A stretch of DNA of 64,000 nt, from the NCBI GenBank assembly GCA_963798085.1, contig CAWCRS010000001.1:288001-352000 (forward strand), read 5' to 3'. Shown here piece by piece: positions 47,452 to 57,385 of the stretch. The position numbers and the translations under genes are program-made. Below the pieces are notes generated by a model. It had not been told where the DNA came from. It was given only the letters and a program-made list of their open reading frames with translations, and ran no database searches. The stretch is from an uncultured Gemmatimonadales bacterium. GTDB lineage: Bacteria > Gemmatimonadota > Gemmatimonadetes > Longimicrobiales > RSA9. Each line of letters opens with the position of its first letter. Position 1 is the stretch's first letter.

Positions 47452-48531
47452 CTAGCTCTCCGGCTCTGCCGTTCGTTTGCGCCGGGTACGGTGCCACCAC
47501 ATCGCGTAGCCGCTCAGCAGCTGCAGGAGCAGTGCGAGGCTGGCCATGGACGCGATGGTCTTGCCGGGAATGCCGAAGATGTCGCCCGTGTGCAGCGCAC
47601 GGTTGGTGATCACCGCGCGGGTTCCGCCCGGCGCATCGCGTGACGACTGCGCGAACAGGATGTTACCGGTGTACGGATCGATCATCATGCGGCTGCGTCC
47701 GCCGGGCGTGAGATCCTCGGGGAAGCGCAGCGAAACGAGCCAGGGCACTGCGGGCCCGGAAGGCACACTGAGGAAGAAGGGCACGGCGCCGGGCAGGGCG
47801 CCTCTCGCGATCTGGAACACCTGATCAGCGGTGAGCGGCGTCGCGCCGGCGGGTGGCTCGATCTTCGGCCGGGGCAGCTGGGCGGGCTCCGAGCTGGTGA
47901 GCCGGTACAGCAGCGGCGTCGTGCTGCGCTCGAAGCCGATCACAATGCCGGTCGCGCCCAGCAGAAACAGGAAGACGAATGCGTAAATACCGGAGGCGCT
48001 GTGCAGATCGAACCAGAAGCGTCGCGCTTTCGCACCCCTGCGGATGCCGAGGCGCTTGAGCGGCCACCACAGGACCAGTCCGGTCAGCAGCAGGAACAGC
48101 AGTGTCACCCCTGCCCAGCTCATGATCTGTTTGCCCGGATCACTGCGTGTGCGGATGAGCAGGCGCAGGTGCAGCTGGTGGACGCGCGCCAGCCAGTCGG
48201 GCGAGTTGGCCAGACTTCCCAGTACCTCGGCTGTAAACGGGTTGACGAAAACTGCGCGGTCGCCGAGCTGCACCTGATCCGCGAGGTTGGGCGCTGTGGC
48301 GACACCGTAGTTCCTGATCTTCGCATCCGGAAATGCGCGGCTCACCGCAGCACCGATCTGCGCCAGCGACATGCGCTGCGCCTGCGGCTTCACGTAGGAC
48401 AGATGCGGGTGCGTGAGGTGTTCCAGCTCCGGTTCGAATGCCATGATGCTGCCGGTCACGCCGAACACCAGCAGGAACGCCCCGCCCAGCAGCGCCACGT
48501 AGCGGTGCAGCACGAAGATGAATTTTCGCAT
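47452..48531 (-). CDS. PepSY-associated TM helix protein
   Basis: LHRYVAL..GVTGSI, VNPFTAEVLG, LHLRLL, TGLVLWWP, DLHSASG, LHTGDIFG. Confidence 0.9.
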   Translation of the reverse strand: MRKFIFVLHRYVALLGGAFLLVFGVTGSIMAFEPELEHLTHPHLSYVKPQAQRMSLAQIGAAVSRAFPDAKIRNYGVATAPNLADQVQLGDRAVFVNPFTAEVLGSLANSPDWLARVHQLHLRLLIRTRSDPGKQIMSWAGVTLLFLLLTGLVLWWPLKRLGIRRGAKARRFWFDLHSASGIYAFVFLFLLGATGIVIGFERSTTPLLYRLTSSEPAQLPRPKIEPPAGATPLTADQVFQIARGALPGAVPFFLSVPSGPAVPWLVSLRFPEDLTPGGRSRMMIDPYTGNILFAQSSRDAPGGTRAVITNRALHTGDIFGIPGKTIASMASLALLLQLLSGYAMWWHRTRRKRTAEPES

Positions 48532-48600
48532 TCGCTATTTCAATTCCGTCGGGAGTTCACCATTTCAGGGACAGCCACCCGGTGCTCCGTGTTACTTCGG

Positions 48601-48817
48601 GTTTCCGGGGCTCGGGCTCGGGCTGGGGCTGGGTTACGGAATGCTGGTTCGCCTTTTGCCTCGTTCGGGGTACGGCTGCGGATTCCTGTGGCCGCCCGAT
48701 TCCGATAATTCGGTGATAGGAACACCCGGCGACCCGATGCTGAAGAAGTTCCGAGCACCCTGGCCCCAACAGCGCGATGTCGTTCCCAGCCCGAGCCCGA
48801 GCCCCAGCCCCAGAAAC
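48601..48817. repeat. Element bounded by inverted hexamer arrays
   Basis: GTTTCCGGGGCTCGGGCTCGGGCTGGGGCTGGG (48601-48633) vs CCCAGCCCGAGCCCGAGCCCCAGCCCCAGAAAC (48785-48817). Confidence 0.75.
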
Positions 48818-48880
48818 GTCCCTCCAGGAACACTGCGGGCGGCCCGGCAGAACAGCCGGACCGCCCGCGCTAACGCTCGG

Positions 48881-51853
48881 TCAGCCGCCCGGCTGATTGC
48901 CGGAAGAAGCAGGCGAGGCGGGCTTTCCGGCATCGAGGTCGTTCCAGTTCAGGATGGCATTGAAGCCGAGCATGAACGTGCCCTGGGTCTGCCAGCGCCA
49001 GAACGGCCGGATCGCGAACATCACGATGTGTCCCTGGCCGAGCGGCTCGTCGATGAGCTGTGCGCGATTCGACAGCACTTCGCCGCCGGCCAATGTGCCC
49101 GACAGTAACATCTCGTCAGGATTGGCCGGGAATTGCATCACGACGCGCGGCCGTTCGCCGGCATTGCCGCCACCGAAGCCACCGCCAAACCCGCCGCCAC
49201 CTCGTCCGCCACGGCCACCTCGCCCGCCCTGGTCGGCACCGGCTTCGCCGCCGCGTCCGCCGCGACCGCGGCCCCCATTGCCGGCCTGCGCCTGCTGGCC
49301 CGCGATTTCCCAGGGAGACAGACGAAGCGGCGTCGCCATCGGTGTGGTGTTCTGCCCGACTCCGGGCGGACCGCCGCCGCCCGCAACGCCGCCGAAACCG
49401 CCGCCCGCGTTCAGCACGGGGTCCTGGTTGAAGTACACCGGCAGCTGGTTGTTCCGGTAGCCGTACGCGAGCGGACTGCGCATGTCGCTGATAATGCCAC
49501 GCAGGATGGTGCCGCGCGCAAACAGGTTGTCAGAGTTCTCGACGGTAATGCCGCTGGTCAGGTTGTACTCGGGAAAGATCGTCGCTGTCGAGCCTTCCAC
49601 GATCAGCGTACCGCCCTCCTGCACGAACCGGTACAGCTCCATCAGTCCTTCGACGCCCATGCCGCCGCGGATGTCGTCGCTCTGATCGTTGGCGCCGAGA
49701 TTCGGCGTTTCCGCAGTCTTGCGGTACGGCAGCGGAATGTCGTTGGTCTTCGGGATGCCGCCCACCTGGGACTGCGCGTTGCCGCCCACGTGCGGGTACA
49801 CGATCACATCGTACTTCGCGCGCAGATTGCCTTCGCGCAGCCGCTGATCGGCGAAATAGGTGTACGGCACGCCGTAGGTGTCGAGCGCGGCGCGCACCCA
49901 GCCTTCGTCCTGTGTGCGCTGCCAGCTGTGCACGTAGCCAATGCGCGGCAGGTCGAGATCGTGCGTCTTCACACCAGGCGCGCTGGCCATGGCCCATGCG
50001 GAGAGGCCCAGCTGCTGCAACGCCGGTTCGAGCTGTGCGCGGTTGCCGCCGGTGATGATGAACGCGCCCGCGCGGAAGTGATGGCCGGCCGCGTCGAAGT
50101 CTTCCTCGGCCGCCTCCATTTTCGTGCTGGCGAACCGGTAGCGGAACGCCATCAGGTTGTTATCCGCTGCATTCTCGACGACGATGACGCTGCCGCTCCC
50201 CGCGATGCCGCCAGCCGCCGTCACGTCCTTCGTCACGGGCGTCATCTTCTGATCGAGAATGCCCTTGTCCGTGATCGGCGTGATGGTGACGTCGCGCATC
50301 AGCGGGAAGGTCCAGCCCGTGTCATCATACGGGCGAGGATTGCCGACCGCGTAGTTCTGCAGCGAGAAGTACATGTCCGCCAGCGTGCGATACGGCTGGT
50401 CGCCGCGCACGACGTAGTCGCCGGGCTTCACTTCCACGCCACCCGCCGAGTACGCACTGTTAGCGGTATGAATCTCGAGACCCTGCGTGCGCAGGTCGTT
50501 GACGGCCTCGGCCGTGTTCTCCTTGCGATACTGCGCCGCCGGAATGAGCCAGGCATAGGTGGGTCCATCCCTGCCCTTCTGCAGCGCCCGCTGGTTCTTC
50601 AGCCAGTAGTTCTCCAGATACAGCTCGCGGTTCTTTCCCACGTGGTTCAGCGCGAACAGGATCGCCGACTCCTGGATGTTCGTGTTGTTGCGCGGACCCC
50701 AGTTGATGCGCGGCAGCGGCGGATTGGGCCGGAACCACTCGCGGCTGGTGGTGGTGGCACCCGCGGTCACCACACCATTGTCAGGGCCGTAGCTCTGCAC
50801 CTCGTAGAAGCGGCCCAGCGAGTTGTGCGAGTGTGCCAGGAAGAACATGTAGTTAGGCACCCAGCCGTCGTAGAAGCCGTAGGTCCAGACGCCGGGCACG
50901 CCGCGCTTGGTCATTTCCATCACATCATTCTCGGCCAGCATCCACCACTCGTCAATGGTGATGGGATCGATCTGTTCATTGTAGGGACCCGTCCCGGTCG
51001 AGGCGTACAGGTACGTCTGCGCCTCGTGCAGGTCGTGCAGGACCGTGGGCGTCCACTCCAGGAACGTGCGGTTAATGTGCTGCGTGAGCTTGAGGAACTG
51101 ACCCATGCCATCGCGATTGTTGTCGTGCGCCACGTACTTGCCCCAGTACATCAGCGGCAGGTTCTGCCGTCCCTCGGGCTTCTTCTTGTTGAAGTAGTAG
51201 GTGTCCACTTCCTTCTCGCGGCCGTCCACCTCGACCACAGGCGTAATGAAGGTGATCACGTTGTTGCGGATCTGCTGGATGAACGGCGTCTCCTCCACCA
51301 CCAGCCGGTATGCCAGTTCCATCAGCATCTCGGGCCCGCCCGTTTCCGGCGAGTGCATGCCGCTGGTGATCCAGTAGATGGGCTTGGCCGTATGGATCAG
51401 CTGTCTCGCCTGCGCTTCCGTGGTCTTGCGCGGGTCCGTCAGCGCGTTCAGCATGCCCCTGTATTTCTGCAGATCGCGGATCGTCGCTTCATCGGCGATG
51501 GCGAGCAGGACCAGATCGCGACCTTCTTCGGTCTTGCCGATCGTCCAGAACGCGGCGCGCCCGGACACCTGGCTGATCGCCTGCAGATAGCGCGCAATGT
51601 CCTTCGCGTACGTCAGCTCGCCCGGCGTCCCGACAATGCGGCCATTGAACTTGAGCGGGGTGGGCACCTTGTCCGACGCGGGCAGGTGGTCCACCAGCTC
51701 CGTCGTGATGCGCGGATCCTGGAGGTACTCCTTGATCTTCGCCGTGTACTCCTGATCGATTTTCTGCTGCGCCTGGATGGCCGCTGGCGAGAGCGCGCTC
51801 GTGCCCACGAGCAACACTCCGGCGAGCCGGCGCGCTGACGCCGTGATACGCAT
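48881..51853 (-). CDS. Secreted M14-family zinc carboxypeptidase with C-terminal GATase-like domain
   Basis: GAGGAGG RBS; signal peptide; GMHSPE, HDNNRD, HDLHE; QDEGWVR; AIRPFWRWQT. Confidence 0.9.
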   Translation of the reverse strand: MRITASARRLAGVLLVGTSALSPAAIQAQQKIDQEYTAKIKEYLQDPRITTELVDHLPASDKVPTPLKFNGRIVGTPGELTYAKDIARYLQAISQVSGRAAFWTIGKTEEGRDLVLLAIADEATIRDLQKYRGMLNALTDPRKTTEAQARQLIHTAKPIYWITSGMHSPETGGPEMLMELAYRLVVEETPFIQQIRNNVITFITPVVEVDGREKEVDTYYFNKKKPEGRQNLPLMYWGKYVAHDNNRDGMGQFLKLTQHINRTFLEWTPTVLHDLHEAQTYLYASTGTGPYNEQIDPITIDEWWMLAENDVMEMTKRGVPGVWTYGFYDGWVPNYMFFLAHSHNSLGRFYEVQSYGPDNGVVTAGATTTSREWFRPNPPLPRINWGPRNNTNIQESAILFALNHVGKNRELYLENYWLKNQRALQKGRDGPTYAWLIPAAQYRKENTAEAVNDLRTQGLEIHTANSAYSAGGVEVKPGDYVVRGDQPYRTLADMYFSLQNYAVGNPRPYDDTGWTFPLMRDVTITPITDKGILDQKMTPVTKDVTAAGGIAGSGSVIVVENAADNNLMAFRYRFASTKMEAAEEDFDAAGHHFRAGAFIITGGNRAQLEPALQQLGLSAWAMASAPGVKTHDLDLPRIGYVHSWQRTQDEGWVRAALDTYGVPYTYFADQRLREGNLRAKYDVIVYPHVGGNAQSQVGGIPKTNDIPLPYRKTAETPNLGANDQSDDIRGGMGVEGLMELYRFVQEGGTLIVEGSTATIFPEYNLTSGITVENSDNLFARGTILRGIISDMRSPLAYGYRNNQLPVYFNQDPVLNAGGGFGGVAGGGGPPGVGQNTTPMATPLRLSPWEIAGQQAQAGNGGRGRGGRGGEAGADQGGRGGRGGRGGGGFGGGFGGGNAGERPRVVMQFPANPDEMLLSGTLAGGEVLSNRAQLIDEPLGQGHIVMFAIRPFWRWQTQGTFMLGFNAILNWNDLDAGKPASPASSGNQPGG

Positions 51854-51974
51854 GATTCCTCCTCGACTGGATAATGAAAGCGGGTATCTGGCCGCTTGCA
51901 GGCTAGTGCGCGGCCATGACGCCCGCAACGTCCCGGACAAATCACAATGCTCGCGCGAAACGATCCCGCCAGTT

Positions 51975-52083
51975 TGGAGGAGCGGGGCTGCTTGCGCGAC
52001 ACGGCGCCGCGTCGTTCCGCGGTGCGGGCGTGTGTCATGGAGGAGCGGGGCTGCTTGCGCGACACGGCACGGCGTCGTTCCGC
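51975..52083. repeat. Two tandem 63-bp-period REP-like units
   Basis: TGGAGGAGCGGGGCTGCTTGCGCGACACGGC.C.GCGTCGTTCCGC at 51975 and 52038. Confidence 0.85.
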
Positions 52084-52171
52084 AGCACGGGGGGGGCGTC
52101 ACGGCAGCGCTTGAGCAGTCGTTGGTGTTTCCTGACATCGCGCTTTGCGGGACAGCCTCAGTCGCGTGTGC

Positions 52172-52666
52172 TCAATGCGTCCGGATGCCGCGCGACGAGG
52201 GCAGCCAGCGGCGCACCCTTGCGCAGTACTGCGTATATTCCTCGCCGAACATGCGCTGCAGCGTTGGCTCTTCGTACAGGCGGACGAGGCCGTGCATGAA
52301 TGCGAGAAAGGCGATCGCGTAGCCCAGCAGTGGCGCCGACATGAAGTGCAGCGCCGCACCGGTCAATGCCAGCGCGGCACCCAGATACATCGGATTGCGC
52401 ACAAAGCGATACGGTCCGCGGATCACCAGCCGGCGAGGCGGATCGAAGGGCAGGGGTGTCCCCTTCCCGACAGCCGCAAACGTCGCAATGCACGTGATGC
52501 AGAGGGCCGCGCCCGCGGACACCAGTGCGAGTCCCGTAACCTGCAGGAGGCCTGTCGCCGCCGGGCGCGTGAAGTGAGCCGCCTGCAGCACGCGCGCCGG
52601 CAGCAGCACGAGTACCACACTGATGAAAGCAGTCGAGTAGACAATCGTCCGGATCAGAAGCGGCAT
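52172..52666 (-). CDS. Isoprenylcysteine carboxyl methyltransferase / PEMT family membrane protein
   Basis: GKGTPLPFDPPRRLVIRGPYRFVRNPMYLG, YEEPTLQRMFGEEY..Y..RVRRW. Confidence 0.92.
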   Translation of the reverse strand: MPLLIRTIVYSTAFISVVLVLLPARVLQAAHFTRPAATGLLQVTGLALVSAGAALCITCIATFAAVGKGTPLPFDPPRRLVIRGPYRFVRNPMYLGAALALTGAALHFMSAPLLGYAIAFLAFMHGLVRLYEEPTLQRMFGEEYTQYCARVRRWLPSSRGIRTH

Positions 52667-53129
52667 ACCGACCTCGCTGGTTCCACCATCCTCGAACTGG
52701 CCGGTCCGAAAACGTGTGTTATCGACGGCTTCGGGCGACGCCACTGCTCGACGTTTCGTGCGTTCTCGAAACTCGAGAGCCGGGCGCCGCCCGCGCTGTC
52801 ATGCTGCAAGCTGTGCGCGGGCGAGGTGCCCGGCAAGCGCCCCCGTGGCCGCGACGCGACTTCGCCGGGGCCGGTCTGGCGGATTGTCGGGCAGCGGTGC
52901 GGTTTGCCGGTTGCGGGCGGCACTGCCAGCCGGTACATAGCGCGCAAGCAGAACATCCGGGTTCGCGTCGGGAGCGCCATGCCCCCGGCGCCGTCCCATC
53001 GCCTGACTCGCCGCATGCACCGCTCGCGCAGCGGGCGGCAAGCAACGCAACCCGGATCCGGGCACGGCCGCGGCGCAGGACGCCGGTAGTCTAGCGCCGT
53101 GTTACTCCGGGTGCGCCACGCGCCGTTGG

Positions 53130-54380
53130 TCAGCCGCTGCACGCACGATGATCGCGTGAAAGGCAGTAGAGCCTGATGTATTCGACATCGAGATCGTCGA
53201 ACCAGGAGCCGAGCACGAAGTCGGTACCGATCTGCAGTGGCGAGAACCGGGGCGGCATGCTGACACGATCGAGAAACTGTCCGTCCGGACTGAATACGCG
53301 CCAGGATTCTGCGGCGGGCGGTGCCAGGGGATCCGGGCATTCCAGCATCCAGTAGTCGCCCTGGCTGTCTACCCGCACGTTCGCGAGGGCCGGCAGCTGC
53401 GCCGGCCGGGGGATTTCCTGCTGCAACCGCTGGTACGCGCGACGCGCGTTCGGCGACAGGCGTGGCCGCAGATTCTCATAGTAGCGACGTACCATCGCGT
53501 CGGTGACCGTTGCGGCTCGATAGTCCAGGCGGATGATGCGGCGCAATGACCCGTGTGCATCGAAACACTGCAGGGAAAAGGTCTCACCGGTCGCGGCGCA
53601 GTAGCCATCGCCGCCGAGCACCAGCTGCCCGCGCGGCGCGAGCGGCACGGGCAGTACGGTGCGCAGGTCGCCAGCTACCTTGCGATAGCGCCAGTTTTCG
53701 GCAAAGCGGCCCAGAGAATCGACGAAAGCGCCGTTGCGGTCGAAGCGCAGGATCAGGGCCGAGTCGACGTTCACGCCCTGGCGCGTCAGCGCGACCATGT
53801 GCGTCCCTTTGAGTGCCAGCAGGACGCCATCCGCGAAAACGCCTGAAGGCACGACGATCGGGTCTATCGCCGCATCGAAGTGGAAGAGGCGAGCGTAACT
53901 GCGGCGCGCATCGAACACGCTCAGGCGTTCCAGTGCGCCATCGAACACGAGCAGCGAGTCCGGTGCCAGTACGAGCAGCTTGTCGATTTCCCGGAATTCG
54001 CCCGGTCCGCTGCCGGCCCGGCCCGCGCTGTGGAGGAACCGGCCGTCGCGTCCGTAGAACTTGAGCTGTGTCGTGCCGGCGTTGGCCACCACGATGCGAC
54101 CGTCAGCGAAGCGCACCGCCGCGACTACGCGGAACAAGCCGGCTGGATCGGAGGAATCCTGTGCGCCGAGCGTCAGCAGTGGCGGCTGCAACAGGCGCCA
54201 GTTTCCCTCCGGCTCGCGGTCGCCGTTGTCCACGATCTGTATGCCGGCACTGTCACGCACAACGGCCTGACCCGCGCCGGTTGCCGCTCCACATGCAGGC
54301 AGCATGCAGGCCAGCGCGATTCCCGCCGCGCAGCGAGCGACTGACTGCCTGACTCTCACCTCGGAGCGTGGATCATTCAC
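53130..54380 (-). CDS. 6-bladed beta-propeller lipoprotein (start uncertain)
   Basis: LPAC lipobox-like; VVRDSAGIQIVDN; GRAGSGPGEFR; VFSPDGQFL; DDLDVEYIRLY. Confidence 0.75.
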   Translation of the reverse strand: MNDPRSEVRVRQSVARCAAGIALACMLPACGAATGAGQAVVRDSAGIQIVDNGDREPEGNWRLLQPPLLTLGAQDSSDPAGLFRVVAAVRFADGRIVVANAGTTQLKFYGRDGRFLHSAGRAGSGPGEFREIDKLLVLAPDSLLVFDGALERLSVFDARRSYARLFHFDAAIDPIVVPSGVFADGVLLALKGTHMVALTRQGVNVDSALILRFDRNGAFVDSLGRFAENWRYRKVAGDLRTVLPVPLAPRGQLVLGGDGYCAATGETFSLQCFDAHGSLRRIIRLDYRAATVTDAMVRRYYENLRPRLSPNARRAYQRLQQEIPRPAQLPALANVRVDSQGDYWMLECPDPLAPPAAESWRVFSPDGQFLDRVSMPPRFSPLQIGTDFVLGSWFDDLDVEYIRLYCLSRDHRACSG

Positions 54381-54444
54381 AGCCTGCTCCCGTGGCTGCT
54401 GGCCGTTGGCGTACGCCAATCGACGGTGGCGGAGTCTGCGCAGG

Positions 54445-55107
54445 TCAATGCGACGACGAACGGTCGGCGCGAGCGTCGCCCAGAACCTGATCCAGTCTGG
54501 GAATGATGTCGTCGTACAATTTCAGCAGACGGGGCTCGATGAGGGTGCAATCACTGAAATAGATGCTCATCGAGGCGAGGAAGGATGGCACGTTATCCGA
54601 CATCGGCTTCGAGTACAACACGCCTGTTATGATGTTGGTGGCGTTGTCGAGCTGCCGCTGCACCGTGTAGACATGCGATATGGCGTGGGCGAGATCAGTG
54701 TCGACCCAGGCCAGGGACTGCGTTGCCAGCGCGAGATCCCAGGCGGTGTACTCGAGGAAGGCAGGGTACGTGCTCTCGAAAGGCTGCGGCAGCTGCAGGC
54801 GGGCCTTCGCGGCGGCCCTGAACCACTGCTGCATTGCCTGCAGCCCCTCCACATGCCGGTCCCTGACTGCGGCGACCGCATCGCGGTTCGTGATGAACTC
54901 GGCGCGGAAATGACGCAGTGCCGCGTCCGCCAGTTGCCGGTGCTGCATGTGCTCGCGCCACTCGTCGCCCATGAGCGCCAGGAACACACCCACCGTGATG
55001 AGCGTCACCTCCAGCGCGATCGTGAGGAGCGACTTGCCGCGCGGAGGTGGCGCGGGCGCATGCGCGGCGGGTGTCGCCGTCTCTTCACGCCTGTCGAGCC
55101 CGGGCAT
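54445..55107 (-). CDS. Hypothetical single-TM protein (DUF6090-like N-terminus)
   Basis: LEVTLITVGVFLALMGDEWRE..LRHFRAEF..NR; GGAG upstream of ATG 55107. Confidence 0.7.
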   Translation of the reverse strand: MPGLDRREETATPAAHAPAPPPRGKSLLTIALEVTLITVGVFLALMGDEWREHMQHRQLADAALRHFRAEFITNRDAVAAVRDRHVEGLQAMQQWFRAAAKARLQLPQPFESTYPAFLEYTAWDLALATQSLAWVDTDLAHAISHVYTVQRQLDNATNIITGVLYSKPMSDNVPSFLASMSIYFSDCTLIEPRLLKLYDDIIPRLDQVLGDARADRSSSH

Positions 55108-55345
55108 GTGATCTCTGCTCCAGTTTCCGGATCGCCAGCGGCTGAACGTCGATGAACGGATCGGCAGCGGCCGCGCGGACTCGCTCTGCAAGGATGGTTG
55201 TCGCAGCCGCTTCGGCGCCGAAATTGTGGCACCGTGAGCCAACACCGCAACGGCTGAAGCCCGTGTCGCTGGCGTGGCAAGCGACCGAGAGGCGGACGGC
55301 CTTCGGCAGCGTCGCTCGCAGGCGAAGAGCGAGCGGCCACGCGCA

Positions 55346-56032
55346 TCAGGGCGAGTCACCGTCGAGTGTGAACGCGGCGACCGTCGCGAAGCCGGCCTCC
55401 CGCCAGAGCACCTCGGGATGGAACCCGGCTTCCCGCAGCCAGTCGACTTCAGCCTCGAGCGGGAAATACACGTCCTCGCCTGCCCACGCCGCGAGATGAT
55501 TCTCGGCTTCGAGCCGCGAGCAGGTCTGCTGCAGATGCGCGAGCCAGGCCTCGCGCTGCACATTCGCGAGTCTGCGCACGCGCGCCGGGAAGCAGTCCGC
55601 AGTGACTAACAGACCGTCAGGACGCAGGGCTTGATGGCACCGTCGATAGAACGCCCGCTTGGCTTCCGCGGTCGGTATGTGATGCAGCGCAATGCACGAC
55701 ACGATGGCAGCGCAGGCCGGCAAGGCGAATGTCTGGAAATCGGCCACCACGAATTCGACATCATGGAAGGCCGAGAGGCGGGTGCGAGCCGCGTCCAGCA
55801 TGGCGGGGTCCTTGTCGATGCCGACGAGATGTGCCTGCGGGTGTGCGTGCAGGCAGGCCTCGGCCAGCGCGCCCGTACCAATCCCGAGATCGACGATGGT
55901 GGGCTCCGCCGCGGTCAACATGCGCAGCGCCCGGGCGGCGGTCGCGATGAGGTTCTCGTATCCGGGCACGAAAGTGCGGATGCGTGCGTCGTACTCAGCG
56001 AGCGCGATGCGCAGGTGTCCAGCCACTCCCAA
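55346..56032 (-). CDS. Class I SAM-dependent methyltransferase (CmoA-like; start uncertain)
   Basis: YDARIRTFVPGY, VDLGIGTG, SCIALHHI, LRPDGLLVTAD, WLREAGF. Confidence 0.88.
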   Translation of the reverse strand: MGVAGHLRIALAEYDARIRTFVPGYENLIATAARALRMLTAAEPTIVDLGIGTGALAEACLHAHPQAHLVGIDKDPAMLDAARTRLSAFHDVEFVVADFQTFALPACAAIVSCIALHHIPTAEAKRAFYRRCHQALRPDGLLVTADCFPARVRRLANVQREAWLAHLQQTCSRLEAENHLAAWAGEDVYFPLEAEVDWLREAGFHPEVLWREAGFATVAAFTLDGDSP

Positions 56033-56145
56033 TTTCGTTTCGTCCCGTTGGTGTATGGGTTTCCGGCGGCCCCAGTGTACCCCGCGCGCCACAATGTTGT
56101 TGTGTGACCGAGCGTTATCGGGGTGGAGGGAGGCGATATAGCGTG

Positions 56146-56322
56146 TCGGACCGTCTTGGCGTTCGTGGGTTGTGACCCGACCAGAAATGGCAACAGGTAC
56201 TTTCAGTGTCCGGCCGGCGTCCAGAAAGGACCAGGTTGCCCGTCCACGCGTGTATTGCGTAGCTGCGCGCGACAGAGGGATACCGGCAGCGGTCCTAAGG
56301 GAACAACGCCAAGACGGTCCGG
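56146..56322. repeat. 177-bp variant of element A (same ends, different interior), copy A4
   Basis: TCGGACCGTCTTGGCGTTCGT ... AACAACGCCAAGACGGTCCGG. Confidence 0.8.
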
Positions 56323-56330
56323 TGCCACTA

Positions 56331-57326
56331 CTACCGCACGTACGTCTTCACCTGCGCGTCGAACGCGGGGGTCTGTGTCGACAGCGGGAACAGCTCCACG
56401 AGCATGCTGGACGCTCCGGTCATGCGCACCAGCAGCTGCAGCGTGGTAAAACCCTGCCCAGTGCCCAGATGGTATGTCACCACGCCGCTCGACGGCGTGA
56501 CCTGCTCGAACGCGGGATCTGCGGTCGCCACGTCGAAGGTGCCGGGATCGCCAATGGTCCCGCCGATCGACACAATGCGGCGCGTCGGCTGGCGCTGGTC
56601 GTAGACGAAGGCCAGCTGTCCGGGCCAGCCCGCCGGGCCGGTGCTGCTCTGGTCCTGCGGCAGGCCTTCGAGGAACCAGTTGCCCACGAGCGCGCCCGGC
56701 TGGTCGTAGTTGATGCGACCGTCCTTGTCCGCGCCCTCGCGCAGCACCCGGCCATAGAGGTTGCTGCGCAGCGAACCGCCGAAGAACGTCAGGGGCTTGC
56801 CCACGTGCAGCGAGTTGTCCGGGTAGCGCTTCGGGCTGATGAACGTCTGCGTCGTGCGGTAATCGATCACGCCCAGGTCCAGGCCGTAGGAGAGACCGCT
56901 CGTGACGCCCACCACATCGCCCGCCTTCACCGGGTCGTTGGTCCTGATGCCGGGCGTCACGATCAGATGGCCGTAGTAGTAACTGATGGAGTTCGAGGCG
57001 CGGACGTAGAGCCCGTCGTCGGCGCCGTGCTGGATGGTGAAGACGCGGCCATCGGCCACCGCGTAAACATTGCGTTTGCGCGCCAGGTCGCAGGGACAGT
57101 GATCGGGATCGGCAATGTAGAAATAGATGTGGTCGCTGGGCAGCGTGTGGCCGGGCGGATTCAGGTTGCCCAGCGCGATGATGAACGCGATCTCCGTGGT
57201 GTCGACCGGTGAGACGCTGAACACCACGGGGCCGTCGCCCGCCGGGCCCGTGGCATCACCGGCACCCTTGCACCCGCTCAGCAAACACCAGGTTAGAAGC
57301 GTCGCACTCCATGCGACCGGGCGCAT
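56331..57326 (-). CDS. Lipoprotein with a divergent M23-like (duplicated hybrid) domain
   Basis: LLSGC lipobox; GHTLPSDHIY; VYAVADGRV; YYYGHL; VKAGDVVG; LDLGVID. Confidence 0.65.
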   Translation of the reverse strand: MRPVAWSATLLTWCLLSGCKGAGDATGPAGDGPVVFSVSPVDTTEIAFIIALGNLNPPGHTLPSDHIYFYIADPDHCPCDLARKRNVYAVADGRVFTIQHGADDGLYVRASNSISYYYGHLIVTPGIRTNDPVKAGDVVGVTSGLSYGLDLGVIDYRTTQTFISPKRYPDNSLHVGKPLTFFGGSLRSNLYGRVLREGADKDGRINYDQPGALVGNWFLEGLPQDQSSTGPAGWPGQLAFVYDQRQPTRRIVSIGGTIGDPGTFDVATADPAFEQVTPSSGVVTYHLGTGQGFTTLQLLVRMTGASSMLVELFPLSTQTPAFDAQVKTYVR

Positions 57327-57385
57327 GCATACCCTCCCGTTGAACGATGGACGCACCCGCTCCGGCAGGGGATTGCCGCATGCGT

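Noticed and set aside
26401..51838. Long antisense ORFs (e.g. 26401-28725, 35250-37340 and 41059-43470 opposite permeases; 49133-51838 opposite M14)
   Set aside because: These are shadows of real genes in high-GC DNA, with Arg/His/Ala-rich translations and no recognisable motifs.
52700..53129. Gene or ncRNA in the 430-bp gap
   Set aside because: The ORFs lack an RBS and protein-like composition, and I saw no repeat or recognisable RNA motif beyond a short GGTCCGAA match.
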